The notes beneath the pieces were generated by a model, which saw nothing but the letters and a program-made list of their open reading frames with translations, had not been told where the DNA came from and did no database searches. DNA of 61,875 nucleotides, counting the filler, from Sphacelaria rigidula (Eukaryota): NCBI GenBank assembly GCA_964200075.2. It is 11 parts of 11 records of this genome, joined end to end, with 100 filler letters (N's around TTAATTAATTAA, not from the genome) between each part and the next. Parts side by side here need not be neighbours in the genome. Positions count along the whole stretch, not along the records: positions 1 to 5,535 come from CAXNAA020026548.1; positions 5,636 to 11,169 come from CAXNAA020026549.1; positions 11,270 to 16,803 come from CAXNAA020026550.1; 8 more parts are not named here. One strand, written 5' to 3'. Position numbers and translations under genes: made by a program. This document shows, in pieces, positions 1 through 12,579 of the stretch (positions are counted from its first letter, which is position 1; each line of letters starts with the position of its first letter).

Positions 1-100
1 CGGCCAGAAGCCTACTGATTATCTTGCATGTGGTTGACAGCCTGCAATGAGTTGCTTTATTTTCTGGTTTCGCTACTTCCAGAGACAGCCATGGCTCATA
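1..100 (-). repeat. Dispersed repeat family A, partial copy at contig start
   Basis: Reverse complement matches GTCTCTGGAAGTGGCGATACCAGAAAATAAAGCA...GCAAGAT..TCAGTAGG at 61681-61770, 3030-3100 and 20718-20800. Confidence 0.85.
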
Positions 101-1908
101 CACTGCCTCACGGGTGTCTCACCGTGCTAAGCTATTTTGTTTTTGGGGGGGCTATTGCAGAAAGTGACGTCGGCCCTTGGCCAATGAAAATGAAGTATCT
201 TTGCTACTCACGTCCTCACGTCTTCAACGGGGGAAACTAGAAACAAATTCTGCGGGTCTTTTTATTAAAAAACAAAATTGACTCTAACTGGCGTATAGCG
301 TGCGCCATTTTAGTTGAGGGCGTCGGGGCGCGGCGGGAAAGAATAGTGTGCAGTGAATTTTTGCGCGTAACCTTGTTAACTCTTTTGAGAACGATACTTT
401 GTGCGGGATATACACGGGGGAAAGCTTATACTCGTAGTAAGCAGTGGTTGAATGAGGCGTGACATTGTTGACCCTTTGACTCCGAAATTGTGGATATTTC
501 GAGTGTGAGCCCATGAGGATGCCGCTGCAAACGATTTTTGTGATGTCGTTCCCCGAGCGCGAATCCTTCTGCAGAAAAAGATCCAAAGAAGCCCTCGGAA
601 CCCGAAGAGGGACGATCCATAATGTCATGTACGTGAAAAATGGGCAAAAAGAAAAGTACAGAAATTCGCGTACGAGATAATTATAGCAAATGACAATACG
701 ATAAGGAATCTCCGCCGGACGACTACGGTTATTACAACCATTTGAAAACGTAGCGAGCAACAGCAGCTGAAAAGTTGAGAAGTCACTCGTGTTGAAACAT
801 CCCGTGGATAATGGCCATACAACGATATATATATATATATATACGTTCCTGAAGTTCCTGGGGTTCCACAACTCCGATCCTCGTAAGTTATGTCCTCAAA
901 TGGGTTTCCCCCAATTTACCGGGCAGCGTTCATGGTGGCGGACCCGACCTCAAGGAGAGATCACTCTCAACCCTAAGTATCCTGTGTATGCTTCACCTAC
1001 ACTACATCGACGAGCCTTTGACTCTCCAACTACAGCACGAGCACAACCTTTGCTGTAGGCAGTCTTCCTCGGGAGGGATCATCCCGTTTCCACTCGCATA
1101 TCGAGATCATATCTGCGACGATTTTTTCGCTCGAGGATAAGGAAAAATTGATGAAGTCAGCTATTGAGCTGTATGTTGCAAGGCCTAAGACCGCCTAACG
1201 AAAACATGCACACGCCCCACGGCTTTTTGTCAAGAAAAACAAAAGATCAGCAGATTTTCGAGTTGTGCAATAACAGCGCGGGTGTTTCGTTGTATCGTTG
1301 ATGGTTCCCGTCGAGGGTAGGATGAATAATCGCTGGTTCGAACAACCAAAAACGATGATTTCTGAGGCCTGATTGCTCGAAAGAGGGACAAAAAAAAACA
1401 GTTGACCGCGAGTCAAGACGTTTTCTTGAGCATTTTTTGCTGTATTCCACATGTCTCGGGTGTGCGTGCGCACCTGGGCTGCATGCGATGCTGAAAAACA
1501 AAGCCCGAGGGATTGAATTGATTCGTGCGGTACGAATCACGTACACTGAAAGGAAGTCATTTTTAGACGAATCATACACTCGTCCGATCCCTTGGTTTCC
1601 TTCAGAATACATGTTGTTGTACAAAAGTAGTTTATAGGCCTTTTCTTTCAAAATATTAAAACAAAAAATAGCACCAAACAAATCATTTGTTTCATTTTTT
1701 TTTCTTCTCACATCTTCCTTCTGTCTACACATCATTGCTCACGTTATTTTCCGTTTTTTCCCCTGAAGCTGTAGTAATACAAACTGTGGGAAGATGATAC
1801 GCATCCATGCTGCTTTTGGAAGCAGGAGCTGTGTATATATTTCCCGTCGCGCAGACACCCCCAACACTAAACATGCCTACTCCCGGGGGTGGGTGGGAAA
1901 CTCAACAG

Positions 1909-2062
1909 GCAACACGATCCTAGCTCCGTGGGGCAGTTCCAGAGGTTCTTCGTCAAGAACAAACTAGCGGCGCATGCGCTTCCCAGGATCGAGCGAGAGC
2001 TATGGGAGGTCGAGCAAGCACGCCTTGCTCGTTCGGAGACCCTCGCAGCGGCGCGGGGACCA
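1909..2062 (+). CDS. Putative internal exon, unknown protein (HDPSSVGQFQRFFVKNKLAAHALPRIERELWEVEQARLARSETLAAARGP)
   Basis: Follows a CTCAACAG acceptor, is GC-rich and coding-like, and encodes a helical-looking peptide. The donor is uncertain and no family is recognised. Confidence 0.4.
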
Positions 2063-2147
2063 GTATCAATGATCGGGATGCGACGTGGAACAGAAAATAG
2101 GTTAGCGAACGAGTTGTGTGTGTGTTTGTGTGTGTGTGTGTTTTCCC

Positions 2148-2290
2148 TTGATGGAAGGAGGAAACCCAACCCAACACTTACCTCGCAAACGAGTTCGTGT
2201 GCCGCCTTCCCGAAGGCTCGGCTAGACTGCCTCGTGGCATTCATGTGGAGAAGGCGCCTCGGGCGTTCTCAAGCTTTGCTCAAGGCAGTC
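2148..2290. repeat. Dispersed repeat (second copy at about 25350-25500)
   Basis: Shared GGAGGAA..CCCAAC...TTCGTGTGCCG...GAGGCTCGGCTAGACTGCCTCG...GGCGCCTCG...AAGCTTTGCTCAAGGCAG in two different contigs. Confidence 0.8.
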
Positions 2291-3025
2291 CAGGGGACGC
2301 TCCCACTAAAACCCCTTATCAACTTGGAGCAGTACACGCGCCGCCGTGCTCTCATCATGAGCTTTTCAGGCCCTAGTGTTGCGGGGGCTGGGACTATGGT
2401 GGGTGATGATTGTGACCGTACTTTCGCCGTTAATGTTTTCTTGGCATTGAGCGTTATGATGGCCTGTACGATACTGTGTCTTCGTGTACAAGAAACCTAC
2501 CACTATCGCACACGAAAAAGACAATCGATAAACTCGTGGATCGCAGGCCACTTGAAAATTGGACCGCACAGGCATATTAACGACAGAAAGTCACCGAGGC
2601 CGATACAATACTACAATGAAGAAGTTAGTTTTGCGATAAGGGCTGTACAAGCCAGGTTTGTTTGTGTTGTTTTGTCATTAGATGTCTCATGCTGCTGTTT
2701 TTTTCACCCTGAAGCAGTGAATATTTGTCGGCTATGTGTTTCACATGCATGTCTCACGGCCGAAAGTCATGCTTGACCCCCCCCTCCTCCCCCGTCCCCT
2801 GGTGGGTTGACGTCGGTTGGCAACGACGCTGTAAAACTTGCCGCTCACTGCGTAAGCTCGGCAATCAGGGTACTGTTTTTTTCCTCGCTTGCGTTCTTTT
2901 GCGGCAACCATGATGGTGATCGAGTCAAATCATATTGTGCGGGGCGGAGAACCCAACTCCGTGCAAAGGGGATGGTCGCCCTACGTCGTATTTGGATGGT
3001 GAGACACCATAAGGCAGTGTAACCC

Positions 3026-3300
3026 GTGACTGTCTCTGGGAGTGGCGATACCAAAAAATGAAGAAACTCATTCGAGGCTGTCATCAATATGCATGATAAT
3101 TTGTGTACTTCGAGCTGGTCAATCTTTGCAGGATGCAAATCACCCCTCATGCGACTCACCGAGCACATCCCGGCGCCTCGCGCTTGGTGATTGCGAGCCT
3201 GATCTGGCGAAAACCGAGCGTGCTTCGTCCCGGCTTTGTAGGGATGCGAGGTCAACGGTCACATGACTACAGCATGCACGATCATGAGTGCATCCCAACC
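3026..3300 (+). repeat. Dispersed repeat family A, near full-length copy
   Basis: Runs from GTCTCTGG..GTGGCGATACC to CCCGGCTTTGTAGGGATGCGAGGTCAA..GGTCA.ATGACTAC.GCATGCA.GATCATGAGT. Other copies lie at 1-100, 20718-20990, 22538-22607, 56342-56410, 60062-60142 and 61681-61875. Confidence 0.9.
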
Positions 3301-3368
3301 ACTCCCCGGTCGCGTCACACCCGCCCCGCCCCTTCCCCCACTTTCTCCTCCTTTTTATCGGCAAGCAG

Positions 3369-4731
3369 CGATAGCACTACCGGCACCACTCCTGTCATGC
3401 AACCGACATCGGGACCCACCGTTGCCGCTGCCAGGGGGGGCGGCTTTGATGGCGGCGGTGCAAACTCCGACGACGACAGGGCGTTCCCGAAAGGCGCCGG
3501 CGGCGGTCGTTCCCGTGCGGGAAGCATGACAGGGAGCGTAAGTAGTCTCGGCGATGAATGCGCCAGCACGGATGTGTTCGGCGCCGGCGCCGGCAGAGAT
3601 GAAGACAGCATCTGCAGCACGATGACGTTCATTAGCGGCGACGACGACCGTGCGGGTTCATTACCGTGGGTGGCTACTTCTCCTTCTCCTCATCGTCGTC
3701 GTCCTCCTGCCGCGTCTACTGGCAGAAATCGTAGGCCTTACGACGGAACGATACGTCCGCGGCGTCGGAATCGCAGACGGTGGGTGCATCCTTCGACAGA
3801 GCAACCGGCACCATCGGTTGTGTCTCTTCGTGCCCGTGCTGATGATGATGCTGACGCGGCTACCGCTGCTGACGATGCATCACTCGGCGCTTTATCGTTC
3901 TGCGCTTCATCGCGGGCTTCCGTTCAATCGACGAGTTTGCCCTACTACAGGACGCCTGCGGAACCTTCGGACCTACGCACGGAACCTGGGAACCGATCCG
4001 CGGAACGATCCACAGAACGGCCTAGTTCTTCTCATTCTTACGGCGTCAGCGCCGCCGATACTTCATGCTGCGTGTTGCCCTCGATGTCTACCGTCTGCCC
4101 CGCAGGGACTTCAGCACCATCATCCGTAGGGGCTTTAACTCTACCGTCGATCGCCGCCGGCGCCGGCCGTGGTCCGTTACACGGCGATACTGCTGGACCG
4201 TGCGTTGTCGCTGGTGACGTCGGCGACGATGCCGACGGGCAAGGTGGGACAAACGCCAAGCCACCGACGACACTAGATCGAGCGCGGAGAAGATTTTCGG
4301 GGATATTCGGGGCGAAAAGGTTTTTGACCAAGAAGAAAAGGAGAAGCGTCTCCTCCCGTAGCACATTAGGCGGACCCGCCGGCGACGACGGAGGTTGCGG
4401 CGGCGGTAGTGATGACAGTGACGGAAACGCACCAACCACCGAAGATGTGGGCCCACATCGACTGGCAGTCACCGCCGCTGCTGCTGGCGTGGATGCCGGA
4501 GTGCCGGCGAGCGACGGCGAGGCATCTGCTGGTACTTCGGCCGATGCGATGCCTCTGCTGGGAGGGGGGGAGATGAGGGACGGTTGTGAGGATGCTTCAG
4601 CGACGCAAGTGACGTCCGGGCCGCCTGCGGGCGGCAAGATACGACGGTGGAGACGGGGCAGAGGGGGCGATGAGTTGGGTGCGGTCGGGGTTGCACGCAA
4701 GATTGACATCGGCAGCGTTGCGCAACAGAAG
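3369..4731 (+). CDS. Large internal exon of an unknown, low-complexity (Ser/Gly/Ala/Asp/Arg-rich) protein
   Basis: A pyrimidine tract and CAG acceptor at 3366-3368, a stop-free GC-rich frame (inside ORF 3103-4839) and an AAG|GTACAG donor at 4731/4732. Contains basic clusters RPRRRNRRR and KKKRR. The 5' part of the tracked ORF is read through repeat A. Confidence 0.65.
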
Positions 4732-5465
4732 GTACAGTCAATTTCATTGGTAGATACAGGAGTTTTGCTGATGAGTACTGCGTCAATGACGCTTTTCGCA
4801 GTCGTGTTTTTTCAGAAAACAGACCTCTATCGGTGTTGAGACACTTCTTTTTTTGTTCGTTTTTGCTTGATACAGCATGATAGTCTGGGCGGGGTACCTT
4901 ACAGTTCTCCCTTTACTGTGTTGTATGTGCTGAAGGCCAATTTTTTACCTTCGTGCTGTCTTCGCGACCGGGCCTGTCGTGCCAGCGGGATTCGCTAGCC
5001 TGCGAAACGTGATGTAGTAGACCCTGTACAGTGTGGTATTTCGCATGTCATGGTACCTTCTGTTGGATCATTTTTTGTGGGTTGTATGTACCCTCATCTT
5101 GTACGTTCTAGTTGCGTCGCATCGTAGCTTTAGCACGGTAGCGGCCTGCTCATGAGAAACGAGGTTGTGAGAAAATCAGACTGGCATTTCTAAACAAGAT
5201 AAGAGAATGTTGAGCCGCAGCGACGACCGCTACACTTGAGTCCAATTTCAATATAGTAGGCTTCCGCATCAGATATTTTTTTTTACTAAAGCTGAGCTTG
5301 ATTTTCAGTTTCCTACATGAGCGGGCCGCTACTATAATCCCGTTGTGATTGAATGTTACATTCTTTTTATGGTGCGCTTGGTCGCGGCATATGTGAACAT
5401 ATCGTCAATGGTAATGGACATGTGGTAGTAGTGCCGGTCCTCCGTGGTCTAACCGGTACAGCTGA

Positions 5466-5535
5466 GACACTTTCTACGATAGCCCCCCCCCCAAAAGTGC
5501 ATGGTTTTTGGAGGCGAAATCTTCACGTAAATCGA
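5466..5535 (+). mobile_element. End of GAC-terminal MITE family (TIR GACACTTTCTACGATAGCCCCCCC), truncated by contig end
   Basis: The same TIR occurs at 5636-5693, 10222/10403, 34060-34087 and 39530-39560, and degenerate at about 140-168. Confidence 0.8.
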
Positions 5536-5635
5536 NNNNNNNNNNNNNNNNNNNNNNNNNNNNNNNNNNNNNNNNNNNNTTAATTAATTAANNNNNNNNN
5601 NNNNNNNNNNNNNNNNNNNNNNNNNNNNNNNNNNN
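5536..5635. other. Artificial contig spacer (44 N + TTAATTAATTAA + 44 N), first of ten
   Basis: Identical 100-bp spacers begin at 5536, 11170, 16804, 22438, 28072, 33706, 39340, 44974, 50608 and 56242, an exact 5634-bp period. TTAATTAATTAA places stop codons in all six frames. Confidence 0.98.
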
Positions 5636-5693
5636 AAGATTTTGCCTCCCGGAACCATGCACTTTTGGGGGGGGGGCTATCGTAGAAAGTGTT

Positions 5694-7000
5694 GTCCCCG
5701 ATAGTTTCCTTGCGCCCCCGCAGCCTCCGCGACGCAAGGCCCCTCGAAAATCGACCCCAACCGTGCCGCCCCTACCAACCATAGCCGAAACCACGGCTGT
5801 GCCCCCCTCCCGTGGTGATGATATTGCAAACACCACCACAACACCCTCCACGCTAATCGACGCAAGAGTAGACGTTAACGTTCCGTCTGAGAGTACACCA
5901 ACTGGAAGGCTCACCCTTGATTCCGATATTACCGTCTCGTGCCAACCCCGCCCCGAACCGCCCCCACACGAAGTAGACGCTTCAACAGATGGTGTATTCA
6001 AGGAACGTTTGGCTCTCTTCTCCCACGCCGATTGGGCCCAGGAACAACAGGTAGAACCTGCTTGTAAACCAGCTATCCATCATCTATCTAAAGGTTGTCC
6101 ATGTCCATTCTCAGAAACCGAATTCCTTTTGCCAGTCGGGAATCTCAAAGCGCCCACACAGGATGAAGTTACTGAGCTTTCGAGGAAAGGTATGCTACAT
6201 ACGGATGATGATGGTATAGCTCTGTTAGTTCGCCGGCCCACAGCAGCCCTCCCCAGGGGGAAACCTACAAGTCGACATGCCCGCTTGCTAGGTGATGAAC
6301 CCGTCCGCATCTATGTCCAGATGCTCCTGCGCCCATGGGTTCTACACGAATGCCATTCACAGGTATCGATTCATTTAGGCGCCATTAGGACCTCCCAGAT
6401 GTTGGAACGTTTTTATTGGTGGATTTGGATGGATCAGTATTGTTGTTGGTGGTTGAGACGTTGTCTTTTGTGTCAGGCGCGAAAACCTTCTCGTCAAACA
6501 GTTCGTTGGCTGATTGTTTCCATGTCACTCCCAAACGGGCCTGGTGAGGTAGTTTCGGGGGACTATGTTGGTCCTTTGCCCCTAACGGATAGTGGAAAAA
6601 AGTATATTTTGTTGTTTATGGATAGATTTAGTCGACATGCGGCGATGCACGCCGTCCCCCCCAGTAGTTATACCGCGGAAGGTACCGCCAACATTCTTGT
6701 CTACATGTACATCCCACTGTAGGGTGTGCCCAAACGCTTACTGTCTGACAACGGCCCGCATTTTTCTGGCAAACTTTCAGCCGCCGTCAGTGACCTTTTG
6801 GGTGCCCATCGCATTTTTACTAGTTCATATCACACTTCCACCAATGGTGGAACGGAACGAGTGAACCATACGATGGCACAGATGCTTGCTGCTGTAGCAA
6901 ATGAGAGACAGGTGGACTGGGATCTGCACCTGACCCTTGTCCAGATGAACTACAACAATTCAGTCAATGCCGCTACGGGATTGTCGCCGACCGTCGTCTC
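5694..7000 (+). pseudogene. Ty3/gypsy LTR-retrotransposon pol fragment (integrase), disrupted
   Basis: H2C2 zinc finger (ECHSQVSIHLG...FYWW...CLLCQARK) and rve core D-D-E motifs (DYVGPLP...LFMDRFSR; PKRLLSDNGPHF; TNGGTERVNHT). An in-frame TAG at 6720-6722 sits where W is expected. Confidence 0.93.
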
Positions 7001-10000
7001 TTCTTGCCTGTCGCCAACGCGAAGATCGATTTCTCTCTGCCTCTCCTTTTGGACAGGACGCGCCTCTGTGCGCTGTAAAACATGTTGAAAAAATAGGGCA
7101 ATGTTCCCGTCACCGCTACTCCTGTTCTCTGTCACACACATGCCAGCAAGGGCGGTGCTGCGGCAATAACAGATAGATCCATTTTGAACTTAGGGGGTGT
7201 TATTCATCGTTGATTTTCACCGACCTCTCCCAACGTGGTGCTCGAGCGAAGAGCAGAAGGGCCTGCCACACGCCAGTTGAGGGCGGTGTATGAGAGATCA
7301 AACACTTGTAGAGATTTGTTTGACATGCGGAGTGAAAAAGATACCTATGGTGGTGACCTAACTGTTGCTAGCGTGGCGCATAGGCAATGTGCAGCACGCT
7401 GGTCACGTGAACAGCTTGGTACAGTACGAGTAGTAGCTTCCCATAAGTAATAAGGGTCACGGTAACCAACTGCATCGAAATCGCAAGACCTGTGAAAGCT
7501 AGAGAGTTTGATTTTCATGATCTGCATGCACAAACTTGAAACGGGTCTGAAAACCGGAGGGAGGACGACTTCCCTCTCCCCCAGCCAGGCATCGATGAAC
7601 GAGGAAATACTTTTACAGGCGGGTACAACACACGTGGGGGCCCGGAGAAGTTTCTTTCCATCAAAATCCATGTATTCCAAGCTGCAAAGGCGTTACATGC
7701 GCACTGTTTTCTAATACGAACGGTAACTTGTCGATTTCTGTTCCGTTGTTCGAGCATTGTCCGATGCCGATTCTGGAAACGTTTCGTATTGCTGTTCGAC
7801 AGTTTCTTCGGATGTTTGACTGGACCCGAAGCGGTCACCTTCCCTCAGGTGTGTGTGTGTTAAGTATGTGAGGTTCATGTGGGCATTGAACTTTAACCAC
7901 AAGCTAAAGCTACATAGCATGGCTGTGTGTACATACACTCACAATCAGTGTATGGGATTTGAAACCAGCCAAGGCTGTCGAACACTTCGATCCGCTTGCC
8001 TAATTTATATATGAAAGGGGGGAAAGGGGGTAAGTTTTCAACGACTTCTGCTGTTTCTCGATTCTCATCCACTGATACGGTGCAGTATATGGGACTTGAA
8101 CAGCAGAAGCTGGTCGCAAATGAGTCCTTCGTTTGCTCAATTTCAGGTATTGGCGGGCAACAGGAGAATTTATTTCGAACAGTTTCTGGTGTACAAATTC
8201 CATTTGCGGGAGTATATGTGATTTGCACAGCCTCTGCTGTTCGAAATAAATCATTTTTGCCCGATTCCGATAATTTGGAATCAGGATTTATTTCGAACAG
8301 CAGAGGCTGTAAAAATTCCAGATTTCCATACGTAGCACTTGTGGCTCCAAAAACATTTCAGGGAATTCTAATATCGACACAGACCTTCGAGGGTCCCGAC
8401 ATTGAAAATCCTCTAGAGGATTACGAATACCCGAGATCCTCTAGGGGGGATTTTAAAACGGACGGAACCGAGGATGACGTTCGAAACTTCCTCTACGAGG
8501 TAGCCGAATGGCCGCGTGTGGGGTTGGGGTTAGTCATTTCTAGTCCTGATGTTCCCCTGGTCTATGGAGAGAGTTCGCAGATTGAGATAGTCCTTCGTTA
8601 TTACCCTAGAAAGCTATCCACGTCAATAGGCACACCAGCTTGTTGTCTAGTTCTCTGTATTGAGAAGAGGCTGAAAAGCAGGGAAAGGGCACATCATTTC
8701 TGGTGGGAGGAACATGGATCGCTCTCAGCGGATTTTTTCCTTTGCCTGCCTGTAATGCGTGGGAGGACCGCGTGCTTTTGGGACGGCATCGGAGTTCAAA
8801 ACACCCCACAGTCGACGGTTTTTAAGACCGCTTGGGCCAGTCCCTTCAGGGACCGCGCCCCTGACCCTCATCTTAACTCCACACGTTTCTGAAACTCTCG
8901 GTTACTTGACTTCACCACTTTCTTGCGGCCTCCTCACTGTGCGCTCACCTCGCTTTAGAGAAGGGGCAAGAACAATCATAAGCCGTTGTTCGCTCCGATG
9001 TATCTTGTACCCAGCCCCCCGATTCTCCCGGCCCGAGTTCCACTGGAAGTAGTTCGTCTACACTGCACGCATGCAGCTCCTCACCGTCGGCCGGCGTAAT
9101 ATGTATTTTTGGGCGTTTAGCGACATTTTTGGATTCTTCTTCCGAGTTACCCCAACTGAGAAAACATCGTTGCAGCAGTATCATGAGTGTCAGCTGCACG
9201 ACGAGAGCCCGGCAACGTCCGTGTCGACACATTGACGCCACGTGATGATCTGAAACCGAAAACGGGGGAAAATAGAAGAGATAGCGGAAGTAACGGCGGC
9301 GTCGAGTAAAACGACCACGTCCCATACGGAAGAGACGGAAACGCGACTCGAGTAGTGTGCACACTGGAAAAAGGCGAAAACGACAACTTGTCGATCGATA
9401 CACTTTCCAGAGCCTGCCGTAGTAGAGCTTGTCCCCTTCTACAGAGGTGTCGGCTGGGAGTTTCAACCTAATTATGAGGTCTCTAGATAGGTTTGTCGCA
9501 ATCTACTTTCGCCGCCTGTTGAACAGCTTCCTCACCTCAAGACCCGGGACGGGTTATTATCGGAGTTTCGTCGCGAGGGGGACGTGTTCTGTAGTGCACA
9601 TCGTCCTCTTTTTCGAAAACGTGCTCTGTACTGCACGAAGGCGCGTCCTCTCCGGAATGGGAGACAAAGAGGAATCGATATTTGTTATGGTTGGCGCCAC
9701 AGACAAGACACAAAGACATCAACCGAAATGCGGCAACCCTGGACACCCCGATTGTCTATGGGGGGGGGGCTGTACAACCACCTGCCGCCCTTGTACCGAC
9801 GCAAGGGCTGACGAAGCGGGTTTGCGGTGATAACCTGATGCCAAATTGTCCAGCGACTGGGAATCGCCGAATGAAGGCACATAAACGACACCGTAGAGGG
9901 ACTTTCTCTCCACCATTGCTCCTCCGTCCGGTGGCATCGTCACCGACACACGAGTACACAGCATGAATTGGGTACACTTAGCCACACCTGCATGACATTC

Positions 10001-10221
10001 AAGAAAAGCAAACCATCTGAAATTGCTTTCGCTTTGCAAACAATTTCGGCATAAATCCCCAAAACCCAAAGGTAGGCTGAACCCCACGGCGATGTTGACC
10101 TTCATTTTCGAGAAAACCTTGTAATTTGCTCTCTACAGCCCCGGACGCCGCGCAGGCGGAGTACCGCAAAGGAAGGTAGCGCTTTGGCTTCTCGGATTCT
10201 GCTGTCACGTATTTGTTTCTC

Positions 10222-10403
10222 GATACTTTCTACGATAGCCCCCCCCAGAAACGTGCATGGTTTTGGGAGGCAAAATCTTCACGTAGATCGAAAAGGGAAA
10301 AGCCGAGTACAACGAGAAGCTCGGAATTCCCGCGCTTGNNNNNNNNNNATTTTTTCGTGACACTTTTAGCTGGTTTTGGGGGGGGGCTATCGTAGAAAGT
10401 GTC
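10222..10403. mobile_element. GAC-terminal MITE, both TIRs present (internal N gap)
   Basis: GATACTTTCTACGATAGCCCCCCC ... GGGGGGGCTATCGTAGAAAGTGTC with flanks TCTC/TTTC, an imperfect 4-bp TSD. Confidence 0.8.
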
Positions 10404-10554
10404 TTTCATACAACGAATCTGAGAGACCCCTTCGACTAGTACTTCTGGGTAGCTCATGAGCTGTCCGACGTGCGATCCATTACCATCCGAAATACACCGT
10501 GCAATATTACCATGATTGAATACCGTCGTGAGTGACGTGACCAATCTCAAATAA

Positions 10555-10965
10555 TAGGCATACCGAAGGGAGCCTCAAATTGGCATATCGAAGGGAGTCT
10601 CAAATTGGCATATCGAAGTGAGCCGTGGTGCACCCTTGTTTGGAATTGGAAACGTGCACACCCTGGACAATACGATATGTTTCCAAAATATATTGGTCGA
10701 TCATATTGGAATTTTGCGATATATTGCCGGTGTAATATACATATTGGTACCCGTAGACTGCACATGTTTTGCGCGCCCAATATATATTGGTACTATTGGG
10801 TTGAACACATATTGCCCCATCAACATATGTTGGGGCAGCGTGGGCGACAGCATATTGCACGACCAATATATATTAGGGTCGCATTGGTAAGGACATATTG
10901 ACCGGTCAATATATATTGGGTCTGCGTGGGTGACAATGTATTGGCCGGTCAATATATGTTAGATA
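10555..10965. repeat. AT-rich repeat built of CAATATATATTGG palindromic motifs, plus a 22-bp tandem (CAAATTGGCATATCGAAG)
   Basis: Repeated ATATATTG/CAATATAT motifs in both orientations, with tandem copies at 10575-10617. Confidence 0.6.
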
Positions 10966-11889
10966 TTATAAGTATCGTGTACGCTCTAGGAGAGATTCAG
11001 ACGCGATGGATGCCGGAGCCCGTGCAGATTGGGAAAAGCTTCAAAGGGAGCCGCAGAAGTTCGCGTGCATTACTCCGGAACGTTGTCGAATGCGTTTGAT
11101 ATATATATATATATATATATATACAAGGGGTTCGGCGGCTTCCGCCGCCACGCTCAATGAGATCGATAGNNNNNNNNNNNNNNNNNNNNNNNNNNNNNNN
11201 NNNNNNNNNNNNNTTAATTAATTAANNNNNNNNNNNNNNNNNNNNNNNNNNNNNNNNNNNNNNNNNNNNGGTTCCCCTCCCCCCCCCAACCCACAAAGAA
11301 AAAAAAAAAAAAGGCCCCCCCCCCCCCCCCCCCCCCCAGAAACACTCGCTGACGGAAAGTAAACATGAAAAAAAAAAACTCGCGGCCGGAAAGTGAACAT
11401 TAAAATAAATAAATAGAAAAGTGGGAAAGATTCAAAAAGTACACCGAAAATGGTAAAGAAAAAATTAAACAAACAAGGAAAAAAACCACAGACAGGGCAG
11501 AAAAGTAGGAGTGACCGACCTCTGCCACATGACTTCAGGTGAAAAAGGTCTTCCGCAACAAACAGACGCGATCATACCCAATCGAGGAAAAACAGAAAGC
11601 CGCGGGGATGGATTGCGGCTCATCTAGGTCGGCCACACTGTTTTGGGTATGAGGTCTCCCCTATGAACCCTACAGAAGCAAAGCACCAAACTGGGACTTG
11701 CTTACACGGGGAGGGAAGAACGGAGAGAGAAAGAGAGAGAGAGAGCGACATGCTTCCTATCTTGACGCCCTCAGTGTCGTCTGGCGGTTCGTTTCGGGAT
11801 TGGCATTCCCTGACTTTCTCCGGTGGTCCCTCTATATTTTTCTCGGCTGTGCCTTCTTGTTCTACATGGACGTACGTATGTACGTGCAG

Positions 11890-12009
11890 GTGTATCAGGT
11901 GGTCGGGCCCAAGCTGATCCGGAACGTTCTGGAGGGGTTCAATGCTACCATGATAGCGTACGGGCAGACAGGATCGGGAAAGACGTTCACTATGGAGGGT
12001 TCAAAGAAG
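11890..12009 (+). CDS. Kinesin motor domain exon containing the P-loop
   Basis: GTGCAG|GTG acceptor and AAG|GTGCGG donor bound 40 codons, [40 protein letters not shown], which include the kinesin signature [17 protein letters not shown]. Confidence 0.95.
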
Positions 12010-12119
12010 GTGCGGGAACCAGAGCCTTTGTATCACCAGCCCGTTGTTTTTCACTCGGGGGGGTGCTTTTTTGGTCGCCAACTTGTAGGGTTGTTCCTTT
12101 GGTGGCGTGTGTGTGTGGG

Positions 12120-12200
12120 GGGGGGGGAGGGGCGTACTTATTTGTTGCTTGCCTTAGTCGTTTGACCATTGACCACGCATCCTCTTCGAGACGGAGATGG
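12120..12200 (+). repeat. Dispersed repeat family B (G-tract + GTACTCATTTGTTGCTTGCCTTAGTCGTTTGACCATTGACCACGCATCC)
   Basis: Further copies at 22405-22437, 35192-35260 and 59920-59995, and reverse copies at 16715-16803. Confidence 0.8.
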
Positions 12201-12541
12201 AGGGTGTGTGTGTGTGTCGGGGGGGCGCTTGCTGCTCACTGCTTGCTGCTTGAGCATTTTGAAAAAAGAAAGCCAATATTTTTCTGTGACGGGGGCGGAG
12301 AATTTGCTGCTGTTTTGCCACTTACGGAGAGGGGTTCGCGTCAGTACAAGGAGCGTAGTTTCTTCGAGTTGTATACATCGAACACTGTCTCATGCTTCCT
12401 CGGGTACACGTTTCTGCGTCCCGCAAGATCTAGGAACGTTTGGTGTCCATCACGATCCTGCTCCGAACTCCAACCCTAGCCCCGAGGACCTCGCAGTGTC
12501 CAGTCGAGTCCCGAACCTGTAAGCCCCAAGCCTTCCATTTG

Positions 12542-12579
<38 letters not shown>

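Noticed and set aside
1889..2776. 295-aa ORF as a single CDS
   Set aside because: It reads through a (GT)n tract and a dispersed repeat. At most the first ~150 bp is exonic.
5466..5693. Apparent complete MITE spanning the first spacer
   Set aside because: The two inverted ends belong to different contigs joined artificially, and both look like the same (left) end.
7996..8892. 298-aa ORF as a gene
   Set aside because: It has a TTG start, no recognisable domain, and composition like TE-derived non-coding DNA. I cannot support it without a homology search.
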